This document shows, piece by piece, positions 54,353 to 62,340 of a stretch of 64,000 bases of DNA; positions within the stretch are counted from its first letter, which is position 1, and each line of letters begins with the position of its first letter. The DNA is from Actinomycetota bacterium (lineage in GTDB: Bacteria; Actinomycetota; Thermoleophilia; Solirubrobacterales; 70-9). Location: assembly GCA_018268655.1 (NCBI GenBank), contig JAFDWC010000002.1, positions 2,022-66,021 of the forward strand, in the 5' to 3' direction. A program made the translations under genes and the position numbers. The notes beneath the pieces were generated by a model that was not told the origin of the DNA, did no database searches, and worked only from the letters and a program-made list of their open reading frames with translations.

Positions 54353-54772
54353 ATGTCCAGCGAACCGATTTCCACGCCGCACGCGGCAGGCGCCGTAGGG
54401 GCCTACTCCCAGGGCTGGCGCGCCGGCGATTTCATCTTCGTCACCGGCACCACCCCGATCGGTCCCTCAGGCGAAATCGAGACCGCCGACGTCGGCGCCC
54501 AGACCCGCGCCGCGATTGCCAACGTAGAGGCAGTCCTCCACGCCGCCGACGCCGACCTCTCAGCGATCGTCAAGGTCATGGCCTACCTCAGCGACAGCAG
54601 CGACTTCGAGCAGTTCAACCGGGCCTACGCCGAATGCATCCCCGAGCCGCGCCCGGTGCGCACGACGATCGGGGTTGACATGGGCCAGATTCTCGGCATG
54701 AAGGTGGAGTTGGACGTAATCGCCTACGTCGAGCCCAAGGCGCCCCTCACCGACCCGAGCGCCAAGCCTTAG
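54353..54772 (+). CDS. RidA/YjgF family reactive-intermediate deaminase
   Basis: AAGAVGAYSQGWRAGDFIFVTG ... VKVMAYLSD ... PVRTTIGV. Confidence 0.85.
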   Translation: MSSEPISTPHAAGAVGAYSQGWRAGDFIFVTGTTPIGPSGEIETADVGAQTRAAIANVEAVLHAADADLSAIVKVMAYLSDSSDFEQFNRAYAECIPEPRPVRTTIGVDMGQILGMKVELDVIAYVEPKAPLTDPSAKP

Positions 54773-54813
54773 TGCCGGTAGAGCGATCGAGGCGACCGTC
54801 TGGGCGCGGCCGT

Positions 54814-55614
54814 TCAGAGCCGGCCCCGGGCGAAGTCGCCGATCACCTCGCGGAACCGCTGCGGCTCGCAGTGGTGAACAGGGTGGGTGCTGCGCTCGAA
54901 GATCACCCGCCGCCCGTCGGCGGCGCGCTCGGCGATGTACTCGGCGAGGCCGATGTCGTAGTCGCGGTCGTGGCGACCGTAGGCCGCCAGCACCGGTAGC
55001 TCGAGCCGGGGCAGCAGCGGCCGGAAGTCGAGTCGGGCCTGCTCGCGAACGATGCGGATCGAGTCGACGAGCTCGGTCTGCAGGGCGACCCGGTAGTAGA
55101 AGTCGGTGAACGGGTCGCCGGGGTCGCCGACCGCGCCGCGGGCGAACTCGAGCTCGGCCCGCGGCCAGTTCGAGGTGAGGTCGTCCAGGTAACCGTCGAG
55201 CTTGCCGGGCGCCAACCCCCAGGGAAAGCCCTCGCAGCTCTCGAGCCGGATCGGCCCGGCGACCAGCGCCAGCCGCGCCACTCCGCCACCGCCGCGTTCG
55301 AGGTAGCGCAGCGAGATCGAGCACCCCATCGACCAGCCGACCAGCGTCACCCCGGCGAGGCCGAGCCTCTCGATCACGAACCCCAGGTCATCGGCCAGCA
55401 GGTCGAAGTCGTAACGATCGCCCGGCCTGTCGGACTCCCCCATGCCACGGTTGTCGAAGGCAACCACCCTGAACTCGGACGCCAGCCCGGCGATCACGGG
55501 CTGCCAGAGCCGGTGCGATCCTTTCCAGCCGTGCACGAGCACGATCGTGTCCGGCCCCGCGCCGAAGTCGACGAAGCGGAGGCGGGCGCCGTCCGGCGTT
55601 TGCAGGTAGCTCAC
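54814..55614 (-). CDS. alpha/beta hydrolase
   Basis: IVLVHGW, nucleophile elbow GWSMGC. GTG start. Confidence 0.8.
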   Translation of the reverse strand: MSYLQTPDGARLRFVDFGAGPDTIVLVHGWKGSHRLWQPVIAGLASEFRVVAFDNRGMGESDRPGDRYDFDLLADDLGFVIERLGLAGVTLVGWSMGCSISLRYLERGGGGVARLALVAGPIRLESCEGFPWGLAPGKLDGYLDDLTSNWPRAELEFARGAVGDPGDPFTDFYYRVALQTELVDSIRIVREQARLDFRPLLPRLELPVLAAYGRHDRDYDIGLAEYIAERAADGRRVIFERSTHPVHHCEPQRFREVIGDFARGRL

Positions 55615-55623
55615 CCGCGCTTC

Positions 55624-56883
55624 CTACCACGGCGGAACGGTCCACTCCAGCTCGAGGTTGTCGACTCCCTGGCTGACCGGCGACGCCGGGTAGACCAGCT
55701 GCTGGCCCTCCACCAGGCCGAGACCGGGGAGGCGCTCTATGAGCAGCTCGAGCGCGATGTTGACCTCCAACCGAGCAAGAGGAGCGCCGATGCAGAAATG
55801 CGTTCCTTTCCCGAACGAGAGGTGATCGACGAGGTTGGGACGGCGAGGATCGAAGTCCTCCGGAGCCGCGAAGACGCCGGCGTCGTGATTCGCCGCGCCC
55901 CACACCAACCACACGGTCGCGCCCGCCGGCAGGGCGGCACCGCCCAACTCGACCTCGCGGGTGGTGGTGCGGAAGAGGCCGCGGATGGACGACTTGATCC
56001 GCAGCACCTCCTCAATCGCCGGGCCGATCAATTTCGTATCGGCGCGAATCCCCCCCAGGCGCTCGGGCTCGGAGAGCAGCGTGAGCATCATGTTTCCGAT
56101 CAGGTCCGTCGTCGTGACGTTCCCCCCGATCAGCAGCTGGGCGGTGACGCTGGTTATCTGCGCGTCGGTGAGGCGGACGTTCTCGTCCTCCTCGTGGACG
56201 AGGCGGCTGAGCAGGTCGTCCCGCGGAGCGGAGCGGCGTTCTGCGATCCGCTCCAGCAGGTACCCGTTCAGCTCAGCGTGCTCGGCGGCGCACTGTTCGA
56301 ATTCGGCGTCGGTGAGGTTCGGATTGGACATCAGGAAAGCCGCGTTCGACCAGCGTTGGAAGTCCTCGAGGTCCTGCTCGTTGACGCCGAGGATGCGGGC
56401 GATCACGATCACCGGGAGCGGGATCGCGAAGCGCTCGATGATGTCAACTCGCCCGTCGCCTGCGAACTCGTCGATCAGTCCGCCCGCGATCTCGCGGATC
56501 GAAGGCTCGAGGGCCGCTACGTGCCGGGGCGTCAGCGTCTGGTTGGCGATCTTGCGAATCCGCGAGTGCTCAGGCGGGTCGCTGTTGATCAGCGACGGGT
56601 AGCCCTGCGGAAAGCCGTTCGGCAGCCGCTCCCGCAGGTGCTCTGGCACCGGGCGGAAGTTGAGCGACTCACGGGACGAGAAGGTCTCCGGATCTCGCGC
56701 GACCTCGAGGACCTCTTCGTAGCCGGTAACGGCCCAAAATCCTGCCTTCTCGACGTAGAACACCGGCGCCTCTCTCTGAGCCAAACGCCAAAGCGGATAG
56801 GGGTCGGCGAGGTGGCCGGGATCGAAGGGGTCGTAGTCGCGGAGTGCGGGGCAAGCCTGCGGACCTTCGGGGTGATTGGTCAT
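55624..56883 (-). CDS. cytochrome P450
   Basis: Heme-binding loop FGKGTHFCIGAPLAR, EEVLR (ExxR), and I-helix LLIGGNVTTTD. Confidence 0.9.
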   Translation of the reverse strand: MTNHPEGPQACPALRDYDPFDPGHLADPYPLWRLAQREAPVFYVEKAGFWAVTGYEEVLEVARDPETFSSRESLNFRPVPEHLRERLPNGFPQGYPSLINSDPPEHSRIRKIANQTLTPRHVAALEPSIREIAGGLIDEFAGDGRVDIIERFAIPLPVIVIARILGVNEQDLEDFQRWSNAAFLMSNPNLTDAEFEQCAAEHAELNGYLLERIAERRSAPRDDLLSRLVHEEDENVRLTDAQITSVTAQLLIGGNVTTTDLIGNMMLTLLSEPERLGGIRADTKLIGPAIEEVLRIKSSIRGLFRTTTREVELGGAALPAGATVWLVWGAANHDAGVFAAPEDFDPRRPNLVDHLSFGKGTHFCIGAPLARLEVNIALELLIERLPGLGLVEGQQLVYPASPVSQGVDNLELEWTVPPW

Positions 56884-57002
56884 CGTGGCCGCAGAGTAGG
56901 CTCGCTCGAGAGGCGGTCAATCGCGCTGGCGCAAGCGGTCGGCCCTGAGGACGGAGCGGCACGATCCCGGCACCGAGCGGCGTCGAGAAATCCCTGCCCG
57001 GC

Positions 57003-58295
57003 TCAGGCCGGATCCAGCCCGAGCGCTTCCCGGAGGACGGGCACGCGCCGCCGGGAGACTTCGATCGGCTCGGATGAATCGGCGAGGAGGACCCAAAGGC
57101 CACCCTTGAAGCCAGGCAGTAGCTCACGCACGCGGGCCAGGTTGACCAGCGTGCGGCGGTTGACGCGGAGCAAACCGCGCGAGCCGAGGGCCCGCTCGAT
57201 CTCCTCGAGGCTGCGGCCGCGCAGGCGCAGCCGACCCTGATCGCTGTCGACCCAGATCACGCGGTCGAGGATCTCGACGAGCCGCACTTCATGGGTCTCG
57301 ACCAGCAGGATGCGGTCCCCCAGCTCGCCGGCGATCCGCCCGCCGTGAAGGCCCTCGGCACGAGGGCTCGGCTCGCCGGGCTCGGCGACGGATGCCAGGA
57401 CGCCGATCAGCTCGCGCTGCGCGGAGTAGATCGCCTCCAGCTCGACAACCCCACCGCTGTCGAGCTCCGCTGCGCCGGTCCATCCGTGCTCGGAGCGAGC
57501 CCGATCGACTATCGCCCGTGCCAGCCGCCTCAGGTTGTCCTGCGACCCGGCAAGCGCCAACCGCGCCGCCTCATCGGCGGCGACGATGCGGCCGCCGACG
57601 TCGATCGCAGCCGAGCCGAAGCGGCCCCTCGGCCGCACCCGATGGGTCGTGACGAGTTCCGACGATGCGCTCGCCGCTCGGCGGCGAAGGCGGCTCTCCA
57701 GCTCGGCCGCCGAATCCTCGAGCCAGCCCCGCGCCGCGTCGGGGAGCGGCTGCTTGAAGACGGTTACCGAAAGGCTGCCCACCGGCTCCGCGGTCGTCGG
57801 GTCGCTGATCGCAACCGCCGCGCAGCTCCAGGGATGGAAGCCCGAGCACCAGTGCTCGAAGCGATGGACCTCGGTGATCCCGCCGGTCGCCAGCGCGGTT
57901 CCGATCGCCGAGGTTCCCGCCATCGGCTCGCTCCAAGCGAAGGCAGGGCCGAAATTCTGCGCCCGCGCCCGCTCCAGCGTGTCCTGATGCCCCCAACCCG
58001 CCAGCACGCGCCCTTCGCCATCGGCAGCCGAGATCGCAGCGGAGCTTCCGACTGCGCGGGCGGCGATCGCCGCCGCGGCCGCTCCGAGCTCGGCGGCGAG
58101 CACGCCCTGTTCGGGCCCCTGCCAGCCGGGCTCGGTCGCCGTTGGCGCGTGGGTCAAGGTCGGGTCGACGCCATATCGATCCCGGCAGCGATGCCAGGAC
58201 CGCAGGACTTCCGGGCGAACGCCGGGAAGGGTCGGCTCGCCGGCAACGAAGCGCTCCCAGGCATCGCCCGTCGCCGCCGTTGCTTCGAAGGCCAT
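57003..58295 (-). CDS. transcriptional regulator with GAF-like sensory N-terminus and C-terminal LytTR DNA-binding domain
   Basis: N-terminus W..F..G.....VRPEVLRSWHRCRDRYGVDP (AcoR-like). C-terminus LLRVNRRTLVNLARVRELL...IEVSRRR (LytTR pattern). Confidence 0.6.
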   Translation of the reverse strand: MAFEATAATGDAWERFVAGEPTLPGVRPEVLRSWHRCRDRYGVDPTLTHAPTATEPGWQGPEQGVLAAELGAAAAAIAARAVGSSAAISAADGEGRVLAGWGHQDTLERARAQNFGPAFAWSEPMAGTSAIGTALATGGITEVHRFEHWCSGFHPWSCAAVAISDPTTAEPVGSLSVTVFKQPLPDAARGWLEDSAAELESRLRRRAASASSELVTTHRVRPRGRFGSAAIDVGGRIVAADEAARLALAGSQDNLRRLARAIVDRARSEHGWTGAAELDSGGVVELEAIYSAQRELIGVLASVAEPGEPSPRAEGLHGGRIAGELGDRILLVETHEVRLVEILDRVIWVDSDQGRLRLRGRSLEEIERALGSRGLLRVNRRTLVNLARVRELLPGFKGGLWVLLADSSEPIEVSRRRVPVLREALGLDPA

Positions 58296-58561
58296 CGCCC
58301 CATGCTTGACCTTTGCCGAACCGGCGTCAAGGGGGGTCGGGCTGGCGATCGCACCTACAAGGCGCCGTCAGCGGTGATGGCATCGTGGATGTGCTCGTGG
58401 TAGCGGCGAGCCAAGCGCTCGCCGCCGCCGACCGTGAGCCGCGTCGGCGGAACGAGCGTCGGGCTCACCTTGCCCCAGGGCTTGCCCCACGGCCCTTTTT
58501 GCAGACGATTGTCACGGCCTGAACGGAGTTGATTCCGCATCCCCAAGCGGAAAACGACCAA

Positions 58562-58635
58562 CGCGCCAGACAGGATTCGAACCTGTGACCTTCGGTTTCG
58601 TAGACCGACGCTCTATCCGGCTGAGCTACTGGCGC
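58562..58635 (-). tRNA. tRNA-Arg (anticodon ACG)
   Basis: The reverse complement folds as a 74-nt cloverleaf: GCGCCAG-TA-GCTC-AGCCGGATA-GAGC-G-TCGGT-CTACGAA-ACCGA-AGGTC-ACAGG-TTCGAAT-CCTGT-CTGGCGC-G. No encoded CCA. Confidence 0.9.
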
Positions 58636-58667
58636 TAGTGGGGTGGGTGGACCCCGAACCGGCGATT

Positions 58668-59210
58668 CTAGTTGCTGGCCGGGGTTGCCGAGGGCTCGGG
58701 GCCTGGGGTGGGGTCCGGGGCAGGGGTGGCGCGGTGGCCGGCTGCGATCGCCAGGGTGGAGCCGAGGGCGCCGGCGGCGAGGGCCGCGAGGGCGAGCGCC
58801 GGGCCGGAGTCGTCGCGGCCGCGGGCGGAGTCGAGGGAGGGTGAGCCGGGGCCGGCGTCGACCAAGATGAGGAGGGCGGCGATCAGGGCGAGGTTGAACT
58901 CATAGCCGCCTTCGGTGGAGAAGAAGCCTTTGTCGATGTGGACGGTGCGGATGGCGGTGATCATGGTCGCGATCAGGGCGGCCGCGGCGGCGGGGGTGCA
59001 GGCGCCGAGGGCGATGCCGAGGCCGCCGAAGGTCTCAGCCGAGCCGGCGGCGATCGCGTTGCGCTTGCCCGGGTGCATGCCGAGTCGCTCCATCATCTGC
59101 CCGGTCGCCTCTGGGCCGCCGCCGCCGAACCAGCCGAACAGCTTCTGGGTGCCGTGGGCGAAGAAGATGCCGCCGAGGAGGAAGCGGGCAAGCAGCCGAG
59201 CGATCCGCAT
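58668..59210 (-). CDS. DoxX family membrane protein
   Basis: RFLLGGIFFAHGTQKLFGWFGGGG is the DoxX signature. 4 TM segments. Confidence 0.8.
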   Translation of the reverse strand: MRIARLLARFLLGGIFFAHGTQKLFGWFGGGGPEATGQMMERLGMHPGKRNAIAAGSAETFGGLGIALGACTPAAAAALIATMITAIRTVHIDKGFFSTEGGYEFNLALIAALLILVDAGPGSPSLDSARGRDDSGPALALAALAAGALGSTLAIAAGHRATPAPDPTPGPEPSATPASN

Positions 59211-59254
59211 GGCCGCAACTTACCCAGCGGCGCCGTTCGGCAATCGCGCCGGGG

Positions 59255-59746
59255 TCAGGCGTCCGCCGAGGCCGCCCCGGCCTCTGGCGCCGCCGCCGGC
59301 TCGACCCGGCGCACGTGCCAGCGCACGGTCGCGGTGGCGACCGTCGCCCCGTCGCCGTCCTGCAGCTCGATCTCGCAGGGGAACTCCACCACGCCCTCGC
59401 TGTCGAGGGTCGCCAGCGCCTCGGCCGCCGGCACGCCGAGGCGGGCCCGCGCCGTCACCTCGCCGGTCGCGATCTTCTCGTAGGAGATCTCCGCGCTCCG
59501 CGCCAGCGGTCGCACTTCGCCCATCCGTTCGGCGAACGCCCCGACGAAGGCCGCCCCCGACGCCGTCTCGGCGGCGGTGAACAGCGCCCCCGCGTGCTGG
59601 GAGCCGACGTGGTTCCTCAGCTCCGCCCTGTCGGGAAGGACCACCGTGGCCTCCCCGGCGGCGATCCTCTCGACCCGCAGGTCGAGGTAGCCGACCAGCG
59701 GCACAGCCTGGCTCATCCCCTTGGCGATCAGGTCGAAGTCGGTCAC
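59255..59746 (-). CDS. PaaI-family hot-dog thioesterase
   Basis: LRNHVGSQHAGALFTAAETASGAA is the typical PaaI/YiiD-C motif. GTG start. Confidence 0.7.
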   Translation of the reverse strand: MTDFDLIAKGMSQAVPLVGYLDLRVERIAAGEATVVLPDRAELRNHVGSQHAGALFTAAETASGAAFVGAFAERMGEVRPLARSAEISYEKIATGEVTARARLGVPAAEALATLDSEGVVEFPCEIELQDGDGATVATATVRWHVRRVEPAAAPEAGAASADA

Positions 59747-59778
59747 CTGGCCAGCCTAGATGACGAACACCTAACCGG

Positions 59779-60585
59779 TCAGCGGCCCTCGAAACTGGCG
59801 TGGCCGGGCCCGCCGTGCTCGAGGAAGGTCCGGACCGCGTTCCGCAGGTCCTCGGTCGCGAACAGGTCCGCCGCCTCGGTCCTGATCACCTCGTCGGCGG
59901 CTGGGATCCCGCCTTCGCGGAAGCGCCGCAGCACCAGCTTGGTCATCGCGTGCGCCTTCGTCGGACCCGCCGCCAGCTCCTCGGCCAGGGCTCGCGAGCG
60001 TGCCTCGAACTCCTCCGCGGGATAGATCTCGTTGACGACCCCCCAGCGCTCCATCTCCTCCGCCGGGAAGATGCCGCCGCTCATCACGAACTGGCGCGCG
60101 CGCCCGGAGCCGGCGCGCTCGGCCAGCCGCTGGGTCCCGCCCATCGAGGGAGTCAACCCGACCACCTTCTCGACCAGGCCGAAGCTCGCCCGCGGGCTCG
60201 CCACGATCAGGTCGCAGGCCAGCGCCAGCTCGAAGGCCGCGGTCAGGGTCAGCGCGTGCGCGGCGAAGACCACCGGCGCCGGCAGCCCCTCGACCGTCGC
60301 CACCAACCCGAGCAGCCGGGTCCACAGCGCCCTCCCCGTCTCCGGGGTCAGTCCCGAGAAGACGTCGACGTCGACCCCGCCGGAGACCGCCCGACCCTCG
60401 GCCCGCACCAGCAGCGCCCGCGGCGGCTCCACCGCCAGCTCGCCGAGCCCCGCCTGCAGCCCCTCGATCATCCGCCGGTCGAAGAGGTTCAGCGGCGGGC
60501 TGTCGAGGGTGAGGACGGCAAGGCCGCTCGGCTCGCGCTCGAGCCGGACGACCGGGCCGGCAGCGGGGTCGCCGGCGTCGCTCAT
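59779..60585 (-). CDS. enoyl-CoA hydratase/isomerase family protein
   Basis: From the ATG at 60585, which overlaps the pyk stop (ATGA): LTLDSPPLNLFD, AFELALACDL, FPAEEMERWGVVN. Confidence 0.8.
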   Translation of the reverse strand: MSDAGDPAAGPVVRLEREPSGLAVLTLDSPPLNLFDRRMIEGLQAGLGELAVEPPRALLVRAEGRAVSGGVDVDVFSGLTPETGRALWTRLLGLVATVEGLPAPVVFAAHALTLTAAFELALACDLIVASPRASFGLVEKVVGLTPSMGGTQRLAERAGSGRARQFVMSGGIFPAEEMERWGVVNEIYPAEEFEARSRALAEELAAGPTKAHAMTKLVLRRFREGGIPAADEVIRTEAADLFATEDLRNAVRTFLEHGGPGHASFEGR

Positions 60586-62033
60586 GGCACCCGGTGCACC
60601 TCGAACAGGTTCGTGCCCATTTCCTGTTCGGGCAGCCCGGCGACGATCGCCACCCGGTCGCCCGACTCGGCGATCCCGTGCAGGGAGGCGAGCGTCGCGC
60701 AGCTGCGCAGGAGGTCGCGGATGTCGAGGTCGTGGTCGCTCAGCACCGCCGTCACCCCGGAGAGCAGGTTCATCCGGCGCACCGTCTCCAGCCGTGGGCT
60801 GATCGCCAGCACCGGCACGTTCGGCCGGTGCGCGGAGATGATCCGGGCGGTGCGGCCGCTCGTGGTCGGCACGATCAGCGCCTTCAACCCGAGCCGGTAG
60901 ACCGCCCCGACCGCCGACTGGGCGACCGAGGAGGCGACGTCGGTGGTGTGCTGGTCGGTGCGGGAGAAGAGCCACTCGCCGTAGGGGAGGTCGGGCTCGG
61001 TGGCGCGGGCGATCCGGTCCATCACCCGCACCGCCTCGACCGGGTGCAGGCCGACCGCGGTCTCCTCGGAGAGCATGACGGCGTCGGTGCCGTCGTAGAT
61101 CGCGTTGGCGACGTCGGTCACCTCGGCCCGGGTCGGGCGCCGGGCGGTCACCATCGAGGCCAGCATCTGGGTCGCGGTGATCACCGGCTTCGAGCGCCGG
61201 CCGGCGGCGCGGATCAGCTGCTTCTGCAGGATCGGCACCTCGGCCAGCGGCACTTCGATCCCGAGGTCGCCGCGGGCGACCATGATCCCGCTGGTCGCCT
61301 CCTCGACGATCTCCTCGATGTTGGCGGCCGCCTGGGGCCGCTCGATCTTCGCGATCAACGGGATGTCGGAGCCGAGCGAGTCGAGCCGCTGGCGCACCGG
61401 GACCAGGTCCGAGGCAGCCGAGACGAAGGAGACGGCGAGCAGGTCGACGCCGCTCCTGGCGGCGAACTCCGCCCAGCGCAGGTCGCTCTCGGTCGCCGCC
61501 GGCAGCTCGGTGCCGCCGGGGATGTTCATCCCCTTGTGGGAGGAGAGGGTGCCGCCGACCTCGACCTCGGCGCGGACGCCCTCCTCCTCCGGCCGCTGCA
61601 CCCGCAGCCGGATCGCCCCGTCGGCGAGGTAGACGAGCTCGTTCTCCTGCAGGGCGGCGACCCCGGGCCAGGAGACCGGGATCGTCGCCCGGTCGCCCTC
61701 GACGTCGCGCGGGGTCAGGGTCACGTGCATCCCGGTCTCGAGCTCGGCGAAGTCGTCGCGGAGCTCGCCGATCCGGAGCTTCGGCCCCGGCAGGTCGCCG
61801 AGGATCGCCGCCTCGCGGCCGACCGCCTCGGCGGCGGCGCGAATCGTCGTGATCACCTCGGCCTGTTTCTCCTCCCCGGCGTGGGAGAAGTTGAGCCGGA
61901 AGACATCGGTGCCCGAGGCGATCATCTGCTCGAGCACGCTGCGCTCCCAGCTAGCTGGACCGACCGTGGCGACGATCTTGGTCCGGCGATCGAGGTGGGC
62001 GCTGAGCTTGTTGATGGGCGGTGGCAGGTCCAC
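60582..62033 (-). CDS. pyk: pyruvate kinase
   Basis: RRTKIVATVGPAS, FRLNFSHA, IAKIERPQA, MVARGDLGIEV, ATQMLASM. The GTG at 62033 is the nearest upstream start (start uncertain). Confidence 0.85.
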   Translation of the reverse strand: MDLPPPINKLSAHLDRRTKIVATVGPASWERSVLEQMIASGTDVFRLNFSHAGEEKQAEVITTIRAAAEAVGREAAILGDLPGPKLRIGELRDDFAELETGMHVTLTPRDVEGDRATIPVSWPGVAALQENELVYLADGAIRLRVQRPEEEGVRAEVEVGGTLSSHKGMNIPGGTELPAATESDLRWAEFAARSGVDLLAVSFVSAASDLVPVRQRLDSLGSDIPLIAKIERPQAAANIEEIVEEATSGIMVARGDLGIEVPLAEVPILQKQLIRAAGRRSKPVITATQMLASMVTARRPTRAEVTDVANAIYDGTDAVMLSEETAVGLHPVEAVRVMDRIARATEPDLPYGEWLFSRTDQHTTDVASSVAQSAVGAVYRLGLKALIVPTTSGRTARIISAHRPNVPVLAISPRLETVRRMNLLSGVTAVLSDHDLDIRDLLRSCATLASLHGIAESGDRVAIVAGLPEQEMGTNLFEVHRVP

Positions 62034-62192
62034 GGTGAGGAATCTAGAGGGAGCGGAGCGCCTGCTCGGTGAATCGGGTGTTAGCGAGGTCACAAACGCC
62101 CGATCGTCGGGGTGGAGCGGGGCGCGACCGCGCCGGCTCTGCACATGGGCGACCGAGGGCGCCACGGCGCGCCGCGCCAGAACGCGGCAAAG

Positions 62193-62281
62193 CGGAGAGG
62201 GAGGGATTCGAACCCTCGAGAGAGCTTGCGCCCCCTACTCGCTTAGCAGGCGAGTGCCTTCAGCCACTCGGCCACCTCTCC
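62193..62281 (-). tRNA. tRNA-Ser (anticodon GCT)
   Basis: The reverse complement GGAGAGGTGGCCGAGTGGCTGAAGGCACTCGCCTGCTAAGCGAG...GAGGGTTCGAATCCCTCCCTCTCCG is 89 nt with a long variable arm and anticodon loop CTGCTAA. Confidence 0.85.
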
Positions 62282-62340
62282 GGGCACCGCCGGTCGATTG
62301 TAAGTATTTGACCGGGCTTGGCGCGGATAGTCTCGTCCGG

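Noticed and set aside
26098-58635. An integrase, excisionase or conjugation genes expected for a tRNA-linked island
   Set aside because: I looked for these but did not find them. Every ORF of 60 aa or more in the block either has another clear assignment or is non-protein-like. No R..HxxR..Y-type recombinase pattern, serine-recombinase motif or FtsK/TraSA-like Walker protein was seen.
58638-59580. Gly/Arg/Pro-rich ORFs on the plus strand opposite the DoxX gene (58638..58870, 58915..59580, 58938..59483)
   Set aside because: These are antisense to a well-supported DoxX membrane protein gene and consist of low-complexity sequence.
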